Assembly: GCF_023055435.1 (NCBI RefSeq) | Contig: NW_025964383.1 | Coordinates: 15,438,001-15,502,000 of the forward strand | DNA from: Haliotis rufescens | Lineage: Eukaryota | Direction of reading: 5' to 3' | Length of the DNA stretch: 64,000 bases | Shown here: in pieces, positions 21,801 through 34,143 of the stretch | Position numbering within the stretch: position 1 is the stretch's first letter | Layout of the letters: each line of letters starts with the position of its first letter | Notes under the pieces: model-generated | Databases searched by the model: none | Told to the model about the DNA's origin: nothing | Seen by the model: only the letters and a program-made list of their open reading frames with translations | Program-made: the position numbers and the translations under genes

Positions 21801-24415
21801 GACATTCGAGTACACATACGGATAGACATTTGAGTAGACATACGAATAGACAGACATTCGAGTACACATCCAGATATACATTTGAGTACACATACGAATA
21901 GACATTTGAGTACACATACGAATAGCCATTCGAGTACACATACAGATAGACATTCGAGAACACATACGAATAAACATTCGAGTACACATACGAATAAACA
22001 TTCGAGTACACATACGAATAGGCAGACATTCGGGTACACATACAGATTTGAATACACATATGAATAGACATTCGAGTACACATACGGATAGACACTCGAG
22101 TACACATACGGATAGATATTTGAGTACACATGCGGATAGACATTCGAGTACACATACGAATAGACATACATTCGAGTACACATACGGATATACACTCGAG
22201 TACACATACGAATAAACATTCGAGTACACATACGAATAGACATTCGAGTACACATACGAATAGACAGACATCCGGGTACACATACAGATTTGAGTACACA
22301 TACGGATAGACATTTGAGTACACATACGGATAGACACTCGAGTACACATACGAATAAACATTCGAGTACACATACGAATAGACAGACATTCGAGTACACA
22401 TACAGATAGACATTTGAGTACACATACGAATAGACATTCCAGTACACATACGAACAGTCATTCGAGTACACATACGGATAGACATTCGAGTAAACATACG
22501 GATAGACACTCGAGTACACATACGGATAGATATTTGAGTACATATACGGATAGACATTTGAGTACACATACGAATAGACAGACATTCGAGTACACATGCG
22601 AATAGACATTTGAGTACACATACGGATAGACATTTGAGTACACATACGGATAGACACTCGAGTACACATACAGATAAACATTCGAGTACACATACGAATA
22701 GAGAGACATTCGAGTACACATACAGATAGACATTTGAGTACACATACGAATAGACATTCGAGTACACATACGGATAGACATTCGAGTACACATACAGATA
22801 GACATTTGAGTACACATACGAATAGCCATTCGAGTACACATACAGATATACATTCGAGAACACATACGAATAAACATTCGAGTACACATACGAATAAACA
22901 TTCGAGTACACATACGAATAGGCAGACATTCGGGTACACATACAGATTTGAATACACATATGAATAGACATTCGAGTACACATACGGATAGACACTCGAG
23001 TACACATACGGATAGATATTTGAGTACACATGCGGATAGACATTCGAGTACACATACGAATAGACATACATTCGAGTACACATACGGATATACACTCGAG
23101 TACACATACGAATAAACATTCGAGTACACATACGAATAGACATTCGAGTACACATACGAATAGACAGACATCCGGGTACACATACAGATTTGAGTACACA
23201 TACGGATAGACATTTGAGTACACATACGGATAGACACTCGAGTACACATACGAATAAACATTCGAGTACACATACGAATAGACAGACATTCGAGTACACA
23301 TACAGATAGACATTTGAGTACACATACGAATAGACATTCCAGTACACATACGAACAGTCATTCGAGTACACATACGGATAGACATTCGAGTAAACATACG
23401 GATAGACACTCGAGTACACATACGGATAGATATTTGAGTACATATACGGATAGACATTTGAGTACACATACGAATAGACAGACATTCGAGTACACATGCG
23501 AATAGACATTTGAGTACACATACGGATAGACATTTGAGTACACATACGGATAGACACTCGAGTACACATACAGATAAACATTCGAGTACACATACGAATA
23601 GAGAGACATTCGAGTACACATACAGATAGACATTTGAGTACACATACGAATAGACATTCGAGTACACATACGGATAGACATTCGAGTACACATACAGATA
23701 GAAACTCGAGTACACATACAGATAGACATTTTTGAGTACACATACGAATAGACATTCGAGTACACCTACTGATTAAGATTTGAGTACACATACGAATAGA
23801 TATTCAAGCACACATACGAATAGACTTTCGAGTACACATACGGATATAGATTTGAGAACACATACGAATAGACATTCGAGTAGACACACGGGTAGATGTT
23901 CTGGTTAACATAGGAGCAGACATTCGAGGAGACATTAGAGTAGATTTATTGGAGTAAACATTCAAGTACACTTTCCAGTAAACATTCAGTGATACATTCG
24001 TGTAGACATTAGGATTTTCATATACGAGCAGACACACCAGAAGACATTCGAGTTAAAATATGAGCAGACATTGAGTAGATACATCCGAGTAAAGATACGA
24101 CTAGACATTCACGTAGATATTCGAGTTGACAAAGCGATATATAGAATTTCGAATGAACAATCAAGCAGACATAGGAAACGAATTACTTGTAGACATTCGA
24201 GTTCACATACGAGTAGGCATTCAAGGACACTTTCTAGTAGACATTAGACGAGTAAATATACGAGTTTGACATACGGATGAACATACGGGAATGGACATTA
24301 TAGATAATCGAGTATATATTCGAGTAGATATGTAGATATAAACAGTTTAACAGACACAGTTGGTTGGTAATCGAGTAGACACATTTGAGTGGATATATAT
24401 GAGCAGACATTCAAG
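18860..24415. repeat. 24-bp-unit satellite (core 18961-23760) with decayed margins and a 900-bp higher-order duplication
   Basis: Unit GAATAGACATTCGAGTACACATAC with 28-bp and shorter variants. 21901-22800 is near-identical to 22801-23700. Confidence 0.97.
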
Positions 24416-24629
24416 TAACATTGCAGCACATCCCACTGTTAGACTGTGACAAAGCATTCTTTTGCAGAACGTATTTGAAAAATAGACCAGAACTTCATAT
24501 GTAATGGCGCCCTAAACGAGGACTTAATCAGTCGCTAGTACATTTGTCAATATGCTTACAGGTGCGACAGGAAACAGAGCCCTGAACAAGGACATCTTAT
24601 GCGTCTCCTGTTTTTTTTCACCCCAGGGA

Positions 24630-24785
24630 CGGCCGGTGTCCTGGTATAAACTCTCCCCCGTACAAATTCTCCCCCCGGAGATTTTATACCGTACAGATTC
24701 TCCCCCGGAGAATCTGTTCTGAAATAAAATCTCCCCCGGCCGGATATGTTTCGCGCCCCCCTCAGTATAAAGTCTCCCCCCTGAT
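24630..24785. repeat. Transposon-type subterminal repeats (WWTCTCCCCC motif)
   Basis: About six copies of AAWYTCTCCCCC, with local inverted copies (GGAGATTTTATAC, GGAGAATCTGT). Confidence 0.55.
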
Positions 24786-25159
24786 TATTCGGTTTCTTGC
24801 AATGTCTTTAAGTACTATATTCCAAAAATAGTTATCTTTAATGTAAGGAGGGTTACTTTAAAAAATAGATTATGAAATATGGTCATTATGAATTGATATT
24901 TCAGCATATTTTATTTGGTAACTGTACCTTCCATCCTAAAATAATTATAAGACATATATCATACCAAACAAATTTGAATGAAATGACTTAATGTAACAAA
25001 TACATGTACGGTTGCTGTTGTAACTGAATTCAGAAATCTTATTAATCCTCGCAAACATTCGGTTTTAACACTAACTACGTAAAAACTGTCAATATATCCA
25101 CGCGCGCCTCCAGCTCAGGCTGTCCGTTATACTCTGATTTTAGATCTAAAATATATTCC

Positions 25160-25540
25160 TTAATACAGGCTACGATATAAAAATGGTATCAGTGTAATAT
25201 CAGTGGCTAGAATATCATGGTGCAAGCAGGTTTCTGTTAAACATACAACATCATAACTATCTAATTCAGCACTGATAAAATCTACTTTGTCTGTAAGACT
25301 GCGTACGTTTAGATATATAATCTTTAAATCTGGACTATGCAAAGGTCCTGGATTCGGATGGATATCACCGCAGCAGAAGAGAAAAAGTAAAACTAAGAAT
25401 GATAATCGGAAATTATATAAGCAAAGTAACCCAAAATATAGAGAAATGTGTATCATCTTCCCGAAATGATTAGCATGTAGAATAGATTCAAAAACACCCA
25501 CTATCAGCCTGTATTGAACAACATCAACCGGCATCGACAA
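25160..25540 (-). mobile_element. N-terminal fragment of CR1/L2-group LINE ORF2: hydrophobic leader, 2A-like motif and start of the APE endonuclease
   Basis: MPVDVVQYRLIVGVF..LLFLFCCGDIHPNPGP..LKIIYLNVRSL..DVVCLTET. Confidence 0.8.
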
Positions 25541-26148
25541 AGCAAAGTGATCATGTAATTGTTACAATCGGGCTGGCGGTGAATCTGAGAAGGGATTAAT
25601 ACGTTATATACAACTTAAAAAAAATAAGATTATGAAAAACGAAAGGAAAAAGGAGTATGCTTGGATTATCTTTTTTTTTCAAATGTGCTCCATTCAAGAA
25701 AAGTTATATAGAATTATATATTTACTCTCCCCCATGTATTTTGCTCTTTTATGTAAAAGCTTTTTCACCTTACACATTTTAATTACAGATTCCTTTGTTT
25801 TGATTTTAAAGCAAATAAACCAGGCTTTTGAAATGCTATACAAAAACTATGCTTAAAAGTTTACAGAGTTTGTTGTTTCTAATACAGTTTTTGTTGTCTG
25901 TATACATTTTTTTAATATACCAGTTTGAGTCTACATGTGAACACAATCGATGGTTGAAATGTAAGTCTAAGAACAAAACATGAACTAATTCTCAAGAACT
26001 CTGATGTATAAAGTTACCTTCATCTTTGATTGACTGATGTATTTTCAATCTTTATTCAGCACTGAAGAGGCCACAGGCCTATAGTACGAAGCATTAAGTT
26101 TATGAATAATCAGCATTGATTTTGACTCCATAAACTGTCATAAAATAC

Positions 26149-26297
26149 GTGGTTAAAGCGTTCGCTCGTCACGCCGAAGACACGGGTTCGATTCCCGACA
26201 TGGGTACAATGTGTGAAGCCCATTTCTGGTGTCCCCCGCCGTGATATTGGTGAAATATTGCTAAAAGCGGCGTAAAACCATACTCAGTCAGTCAGTC
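26149..26297 (+). mobile_element. SINE family B (slightly 5'-truncated)
   Basis: Matches the family B consensus. Confidence 0.85.
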
Positions 26298-26654
26298 AAT
26301 TCTTCTCCCCAAAGCCTTTCGTAATTACATTTACATGTATATGAACATCGTTGCAGGTAACATAATGTAACAAAACTTTATACATAATATTTACTGAGCT
26401 TTTAATAATTATACAAATATTTGAAATTATTTATTAGTTATTGTTACATTTTTCTGTCACTATATGAGGTCGACTTTTAGACGTCTCCAAATTTTAAACT
26501 GCGGGTCAGTGTCTCGCTTGCGCCTCATTTTTTCTACAAAATTTGAAATAATTCATTTTACTTTCAAAATACAAACAGTTCCGTTAGTTCAGAGTATACA
26601 TAATTGGCGTCCAGTAGTCTATACGTGCAAAATAATGCATCGTTTAAACAATAG

Positions 26655-26946
26655 ATTGACGTCATATATGTGCTTCATGTAGTTTCGGGATCCGGCGGAG
26701 CGTGCAATTCATGGAACTGGGCCGGAATCTTCAACACACTAAACAATATATCACATGAACGCTCAGATTGACGGTTATGCATAACACCTCAGGCGTTTCC
26801 AAGAAATCCTGGACAGTTTCAGTGGGCGTGAAAAAACGTTCGTCCGTCACAGATCCGGGTCATCACTGTATATAAGTCACGGTGATGCAACAAACAAAAC
26901 GTTCAGCTGACGCCGGCTACAGTGCGAAGACGTTTGACCACTTAAG
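26655..26946 (+). promoter_or_regulatory. Putative promoter and non-coding exon 1 of the FAMeT-domain gene
   Basis: CRE TGACGTCA at 26657, TTCnnnGAA sites at 26708 and 26797, TATATAAG at 26869, and donor AAG|GTATGA at 26946/26947. Confidence 0.5.
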
Positions 26947-27618
26947 GTATGAAACAGAATCATATTCACTATCGTACTGATATGTTTAGTTAAACACATG
27001 TTATCACGGATAGTCGATAGTACATAGGAAGGGATAACCTTGTTAATGTATCTGTAACCTCTTACAATTTGATATGTTTTAAAATGTTGGAAATATTACA
27101 CTTAACTTTCATGAGAAGTGATCAAACTTGTATTGACAAAACAACTTCTACCGAGTATTGATTGTGTTTACAGGCGCTTTGTGAAACAACTGAACGCTGA
27201 AAAACTACTTTTTTGTGTGCACAGACTTATCAATCTGTGAAGAAATATACTTCATGTCACCATTATTGATTAATATTTATCAGTTATCAATTAATGTATG
27301 TGATTCCAGTTATGTTTGCACGTGTATATAATGTTATGTGGATAATTTAATCGTGAAAATGTCCAATCTGACCACACCACGAACAGTTTTTACTGACATC
27401 GATAAATATTGTATCTATTTTGTTATTCATGTGATTCCACGTCATCTTGTGTTACAAACCACGAACTGTAGAGTCAAACCGCTCCCATCACTGATCATAT
27501 TCGAAACACAAAATAGTTGATAGACTAGCGGAAAATGGAAACAAAAATGCATAATTTTTTGTTTCATCAAAGTGAAGATTAATACACATGAATCATATTT
27601 TTGGTGAACAAATTACGA

Positions 27619-28820
27619 TATATAGAGGATATTTTATGTGTCTCAAGAAATATCTCCTTTTGCCCCGTCACGAGATAAAAGAAACATGATATTTAACGAG
27701 ACACATGGAATATCCTATTTATTATATACTTTGTGTGTAGTTGTCTACTGGAAAATTAAATTATTTCATTACAAATTTAAAACCTTGAAATGAAATTCTC
27801 CCTACCTAACACAAGGGGACGATTCACCTCCACTTGTATTTGCGACTTAAAAATAAGTTTTGTGTTTGCGAAAACTTTATAAATATATAAAAAAGTAGCA
27901 AAAAATATTTAGGGTCACGAAAATTCTTTATCATATATATGATTATATACAAATCAGCAGTAACAAAAAGATATTCTTGAAACTTCGAGACCTCTGTTGA
28001 AAGGTAAAGAATACACGCTGGTCAAGTAACAATAACGGCGTTTTGCGAAACGAACCGTCTCGAGGTTAAATGAGCAATTTACAGTGAAATATCAAGTGAT
28101 ATGTTCCTTTCATTCCTGACAATATCCTTTTTCTCAACTTCAGAAAAAAACTCGGTATATAAACTCTTATAGCCTTATATCGTTATTTGTTCATACAAAA
28201 ATATCATTCATGCACATTTGTCTTCACCATTTATTTATGCTATCCCGCGGACAAAGTGTTTTATACATCACATCAAGATATTGAACATATCAGTACATAA
28301 ACTGTTTTAACCTTTTATTATATGCTTCAATGTGAAAGACTGAGTTTTCTGAAGTTTTCGAAAAGTGATATTTTCATTGCAGTGTAAATAACACTTGATA
28401 TTTCACTTGCAGTGAACATTACAGCTTGACGGAACTATTGTCATACAAGAGTTACCTCCTATCGAAAGTGTCTAGACCGAACACAAACTGTTGACGTCCT
28501 TCTTACGTTTTTACATTGACAAGGCATGACAACGACCGATGGTCATTTTTGGATTTAATATCGCGTCTTGCTGTTTGTTATTCTTTGAAAATGTTTCGTT
28601 ATAAACTGTAATTTTTGATACTTTTGTTTATGTCATATATATGATAAAGAATTTTCTTGACCCTGAATATTTTTTGCTACTTTTTTTTATAGATTTAAAA
28701 TTTTCGCAAACACAAAACTACCTTTTAAGTCGCAAATATAAGTGTTTTTTTTCACTTTGCCCTCGTCACTTGATGAGAGAAAAATATTTCACTCGACACA
28801 TGAACTATCCTCTATATATT
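27619..28820. mobile_element. Non-autonomous element with nested inverted repeats in intron 1
   Basis: Outer IR ATATAGAGGATA / TATCCTCTATAT. Inner ~105-bp IR at 27837-27942 and 28633-28738. Confidence 0.6.
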
Positions 28821-29130
28821 CGATATCTTGATGGGGTTTACACAAACAATTTGTCGGCAGGATAGCCTGAATAAAAATCAGAACAACAGCCATTTGTTTT
28901 AGCGTCTCCACGTCTTCATTTATTCGCCCCTGTCTGGGTGACAAAGTTGCAAATGGTGATACCGCATTATCAGAAACCTCGATAGTGACGATATTTGATC
29001 TCCCCACTCCCTCGACATGACACTCAACAATATGTACTCGTTATAACAGCGAACATAATACTCAACAATAGGCGGTCATTAGATAAGTGAACATGGCACT
29101 CACCAATTTGTACGTATTGCAGGAAGAAGG

Positions 29131-29206
29131 ATGGCGACGATGCAGTTGCTGACGACGCTGGTGGCTGTTGCACTGGTTCCATCTGTTGCTAACGGGATTT
29201 GTCTGC
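29131..29206 (+). CDS. Secreted triple Methyltransf_FA (FAMeT-like) domain protein, coding exon 1 (signal peptide)
   Basis: MATMQLLTTLVAVALVPSVANGICL; acceptor ttgcag|29123, donor C|gtgagt. Model join(29131-29206,31868-31965,32315-32651,32886-32992,33360-33696,34144-34595) = 1407 nt, 468 aa, with all phases compatible. Confidence 0.8.
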
Positions 29207-29479
29207 GTGAGTATTTAGGACAACCCTCGAGCTCCGTAAAGTGATTCTTCTGTACTTCACACAGGTCACAGGCTGAGCAGAGGGCCATTAACGTCAAATC
29301 ACTTCTGTCACTGGCAATAATTTTGAGCAGTTGTACCCTAGGGCCAATGGTTCTACCATAAGCCTGGGACTCTTAAGGCTGAATGTTGAGAGACTCCCGA
29401 ATAATCACATGATCGGACACGATGCTTGACACAATAGGGCAAGTTACTGTTCTGTGACTCCTTATAGTTACGTTCATTT

Positions 29480-31295
29480 AGACATAACCTTACCAACAGG
29501 TCAGTACCGCCTTCTGCCAAAGGGTAATATGTACCCTATGTTCGTGATGATATTACCAATAGGTCAGTACCACCTTCTGCCAAAGGGTAATATGTACCTT
29601 ATGTTCGTGGTGACATTACTAATAGGTCAGTGCCACCTTCTACAAGTGTAATATGTACCTTATGTTCGTGATGACATTACTAATAGTACCACCTTCTCCC
29701 AAAGGGCAATATGTACCTCGTGTTCGTGATGGCGTTAGTAATAGTACCACCTTCTGTCAAAAGGCTAATATGCACCTTATGTTCGTGGTGACATTACTAA
29801 TAGGTCAGTGCCACCTTCTGCAAGGGTAATATATACCTTATGTTCGTGATGACATTACTAATAGTACCACCTTCTCCCAAAGGGCAATATGTACCTCGTG
29901 TTCGTGATGGCGTTAGTAATAGTACCACCTTCTGTCAAAAGGCTAATATGCACCTTATGTTCGTGGTGACATTACTAATAGGTCAGTGCCACCTTCTGCA
30001 AGGGTAATATATACCTTATGTTCGTGATGACATTACTAATAGTACCACCTTCTCCCAAAGGGCAATATGTACCTCGTGTTCGTGATGGCGTTAGTAATAG
30101 TACCACCTTCTGTCAAAAGGCTAATATGCACCTTATGTTCGTGGTGACATTACTAATAGGGCAGTGCCACCTTCTGCAAGGGTAATATATACCTTATGTT
30201 CGTGATGACATTACTAATAGAACCACCTTCTCCCAAAGGGCAATATGTACCTCGTGTTCGTGATGGCGTTAGTAATAGTACCACCTTCTGTCAAAAGGCT
30301 AATATGCACCTTATGTTCGTGGTGACATTACTAATAGGTCAGTGCCACCTTCTGCAAGGGTAATATATACCTTATGTTCGTGATGACATTACTAATAGTA
30401 CCACCTTCTCCCAAAGGGCAATATGTACCTCGTGTTCGTGATGGCGTTAGTAATAGTACCACCTTCTGTCAAAAGGCTAATATGCACCTTATGTTCGTGG
30501 TGACATTACTAATAGGGCAGTGCCACCTTCTGCAAGGGTAATATATACCTTATGTTCGTGATGACATTACTAATAGAACCACCTTCTCCCAAAGGGCAAT
30601 ATGTACCTCGTGTTCGTGATGGCGTTAGTAATAGTACCACCTTCTGTCAAAAGGCTAATATGCACCTTATGTTCGTGGTGACATTACTAATAGGTCAGTG
30701 CCACCTTCTGCAAGGGTAATATATACCTTATGTTCGTGATGACATTACTAATAGTACCACCTTCTCCCAAAGGGCAATATGTACCTCGTGTTCATGATGG
30801 CGTTAGTAATAGTACCACCTTCTGTCAAAAGGCTAATATGCACCTTATGTTCGTGGTGACATTACTAATAGGTCAGTGCCACCTTCTGCAAGGGTAATAT
30901 ATACCTTATATTCGTGAAGATATTACTAATAGGTCAGTACCACCTTCTGCCAAAGGGTAATATGTACCCTATGTTCGTGATGATATTACCAATAGGTCAG
31001 TACCACCTTCTGCCAAAGGGTAATATGTACCTTATGTTCGTGGTGACATTACTAATAGGTCAGTACCACCTTCTGCCATAGTGTAATATGTACCTTATGT
31101 TCGTGATGACGTTACTAATAGTACCACCTTCTCCTAAAAGGTAATGTGTACCTTATGTTCGTGGTAACATTACTAATAGGTCAGTACCACCTTCTGCCAA
31201 AGGGTAATATGTACCTAATGTTTGTGATGTCATTACTAATAGGTCAGTGCCACCTTCTGTCAAAAGGTTATATATACCTTATGTTCGTAGTAACT
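29480..31295. repeat. Intronic minisatellite: ~59-63-bp monomers with a central ~178-bp trimeric higher-order repeat (~7 copies)
   Basis: Monomer AAGGGTAATATGTACCTTATGTTCGTGATGACATTACTAATAG(GTCAG)TACCACCTTCTGCCA. Three variants recur in fixed order at ~29650-30900. Confidence 0.95.
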
Positions 31296-31867
31296 TTATG
31301 TGCATCCAGGGAGAGCACCTTTCACTGTTTAGATTGATGTCACATTTTCTGTAAAAACCAGAATTGCAGACTTAATCTTTGGACTATCAGCTTCCACCTC
31401 ACCTTCTATTTCATACATTGGCTGTGCCTGTGCGAGTGCCCTGATGAGTTTCAATGTTGAAGACGTGATATTACCATCCAGTGATGAGGGTGTTGTGACG
31501 TTAACGTCATGTTATAGTCCTTTGAGTTTTCGTTGTATTAGGGTATAACGTCAGTAAGTTGCGTCAGATTAATTTATTGTAATTAAACATAACGTTAAGT
31601 AAAGTAAAGGTCAATGGTGCCGTACATTCTACATGAATACATTGTGTTTTATTGTAAACTTTCATTATGGTTTGTGCAAGGGTGTTTGTGATACACCAGA
31701 TGACCTAAGTAACTAAGTAACTAGCCTACTCTCATATAATATTCTATTAGAAATCTGTGAACTTAACATAGAATAAGCATTTTCGATACGCTGCTGCGAT
31801 TCTTTTGATTAAAAGATAAGGATTTCACGTTTCTAATGTGACATTTTCTACATTACATGTGGCGTAG

Positions 31868-31965
31868 CCTACGTGGAACTTGCGACTAACACAACTTACA
31901 GCTACCAGTCCCTCCACGAACAGGGCGTAGATTTGGCTCCTGGCGCCACGACATTCAAGTTCAAG
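31868..31965 (+). CDS. FAMeT-domain protein, coding exon 2 (domain 1 N-part)
   Basis: YVELATNTTYSYQSLHEQGVDLAPGATTFKFK; AG/GT boundaries; paralogous to 32886-32992. Confidence 0.85.
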
Positions 31966-31974
31966 GTGAGCCAG

Positions 31975-32134
31975 GGTGTGTGGGCGTGAGTACGGTTTGC
32001 AATATTCAGCAATATCACGGTGGGGGACACCAGGAAAGGGCTTCACGCATTGTGCCCATGTGAGGATTCGAACCAGGGTCGTCGGTGTGACGAGCGAACG
32101 CTTTAACCGCTAGACTACCCACCCCACTGCCCCT
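31975..32134 (-). mobile_element. SINE family B inserted at a splice donor
   Basis: Reverse-complement family B flanked by AGGTGAGCCAG and AGGTAAGCCAG. Confidence 0.8.
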
Positions 32135-32314
32135 AGGTAAGCCAGCGACTGAAGCCATGTCATTATCTGTTCATATAGGTAATCACTATTTTGGATTCCT
32201 GTGTAAACTGACAGTCAAGTCAATGTTTGATCGCGGTTATTACATGAGAAAATAATAAAGAAAAGTGGCTCTATTTATAAATTCCGGTTGTAAAGTTAAG
32301 TTGCTTTCTCCAAG

Positions 32315-32651
32315 GTCCGCGCGTCAAACGATGCTCACCTGGCCCTGCTACGGGATGATGGAGTAACCGATCAGAACATATACGAGGTGGTGATTGGCGG
32401 ATGGGGCAACACCCAATCAGTTATCAGAACAGGCATGCAGCACGCCAACAGAGTAACAGTTCGCCACACACCTTTGAGTGCAACCCAGTTCCGTGATTTC
32501 TGGATTTCTTGGGAGAATGGTGTGATCTCTGTTGGGGCGGGGACGGAGGTCGGAGTTGGGAGGTTCATGTCGTGGAGAGACCCTTCCCCTCACGCCGTCA
32601 GGTTCATCGCTGTGTCTACTGGATGGGGATCAACGGGTCAGTGGCAGTTTG
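32315..32651 (+). CDS. FAMeT-domain protein, coding exon 3 (domain 1 core)
   Basis: VRASNDAHLAL..YEVVIGGWGNTQSVIR..FRDFWISW..FMSWRDP..VSTGWGSTGQWQF, the Methyltransf_FA signature. Confidence 0.92.
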
Positions 32652-32885
32652 GTAAGTAGCTTATTGTCACCGTCTGCAGTAAACAATGATGTGAATGACA
32701 AGAAATGTTTTTTTTGTGATATCCGTTTCTCAATTTTAAATCTGTTTTCACCTTTATACTCAGTATGTGAAATTTGCAACGTTAAGCTAGGGCTGCATTT
32801 TCTGAACAGAAATCTAATAGAAAACGTTAATTATCGGTATTTTCTTTGTCTAATGGTATTATTTTCTACAATACATGTGGATCAG

Positions 32886-32992
32886 CCCCGTCTTCTGATG
32901 TCTCACTTGCGACGAACACAGTTTACCGATACCAGTCGCTTCATAATCTGGGTGTGGATTTGGCGCCTGGAGCCACGTCATTCACGTTCAAG
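32886..32992 (+). CDS. FAMeT-domain protein, coding exon 4 (domain 2 N-part)
   Basis: PSSDVSLATNTVYRYQSLHNLGVDLAPGATSFTFK; donor AAG|GTAAGC. Confidence 0.85.
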
Positions 32993-33359
32993 GTAAGCTT
33001 TGTTTGTTTGTTGTTTATTGCACCGTCAGTTAATTCGAGCTATATCTCGGCAGCCTGTAAATAATCGAGTATGTGCTAAGTAGTCCTAAAATATCCGGTG
33101 GTTGTTATTAAAACTAACGCCCAAAGAATGATGCACAGGTCCGATGGCACGATTGACATCCCGACCAAATTGAATCAACCAAGAATTAACACATTGTCAT
33201 ATATGTTTACACATGAATTTATACAGTTCCTTTGTAAACGGTCAGTACAAATGTTATCAGTTCGAACCAGCTACATGTTTTTTTATAGGTAAGAGAATGA
33301 TCATAAGAACAAAATATTCTATAAATTCCCCGTTGTAAAGTTAAGTTGCTTTCTCCAAG

Positions 33360-33696
33360 GTCCGCGCGTCAAACGATGCTCACCTGGCCCTGCTACGGGA
33401 TGATGGAGTAACCGATCAGAACATATACGAGGTGGTGATTGGCGGATGGGGCAACACCCAATCAGTCATCAGAACAGGCATGCAGCACGCCAACAGAGTA
33501 ACAGTTCGCCACACACCTTTGAGTGCAACCCAGTTCCGTGATTTCTGGATTTCTTGGGAGAATGGTGTGATCTCTGTTGGGGCGGGGACGGAGGTCGGAG
33601 TTGGGAGGTTCATGTCGTGGAGAGACCCCTCCCCTCACGCCGTCAGGTTCATCGCTGTGTCTACTGGATGGGGGTCAACGGGACTGTGGCAGTTTG
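33360..33696 (+). CDS. FAMeT-domain protein, coding exon 5 (domain 2 core)
   Basis: Near-identical to 32315-32651, with the same splice sites. Confidence 0.92.
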
Positions 33697-34143
33697 GTAA
33701 GTAACTTATCGTCACCGTCAGAAGTAGTACCTGGTTGATGGATTGAGTTGTGCTTTATTCCCCTTTGTAGGGTATTTCACAGCGTGCCATGCGCTGATTG
33801 TAGACACGTTCACTGTGAATATTGCAGAAATGGTGACGATTATAAAGCCATTTTTTAAAACGTTTTATCAATAAAAATACAAGCGGACGACTGGGCTACG
33901 TGTGCACTTCTGGGCATGTTTAAGTATATGAAGAGAAGTTTAGTTGACAAAATGTTTGCTTTTTTAAATATTGTTGAATATGGGATGAATATGTGTTGTT
34001 GTTTTGCATTTACTACCTGACCAGAAAAAGAAACGATTGGATGTCTGTATAAACATTAGTCAAGAACCAAAACTAGCCCGAATCTGTTTTCTCTCCAACA
34101 TAAGCACAATAACACAACTGTATTTCCAAAGTTCCTATTGCAG

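Noticed and set aside
18901-24037. Long YSNV / MCTR / CVLEC ORFs
   Set aside because: These are translations of the 24-bp satellite, with frames switching at 28-bp variants.
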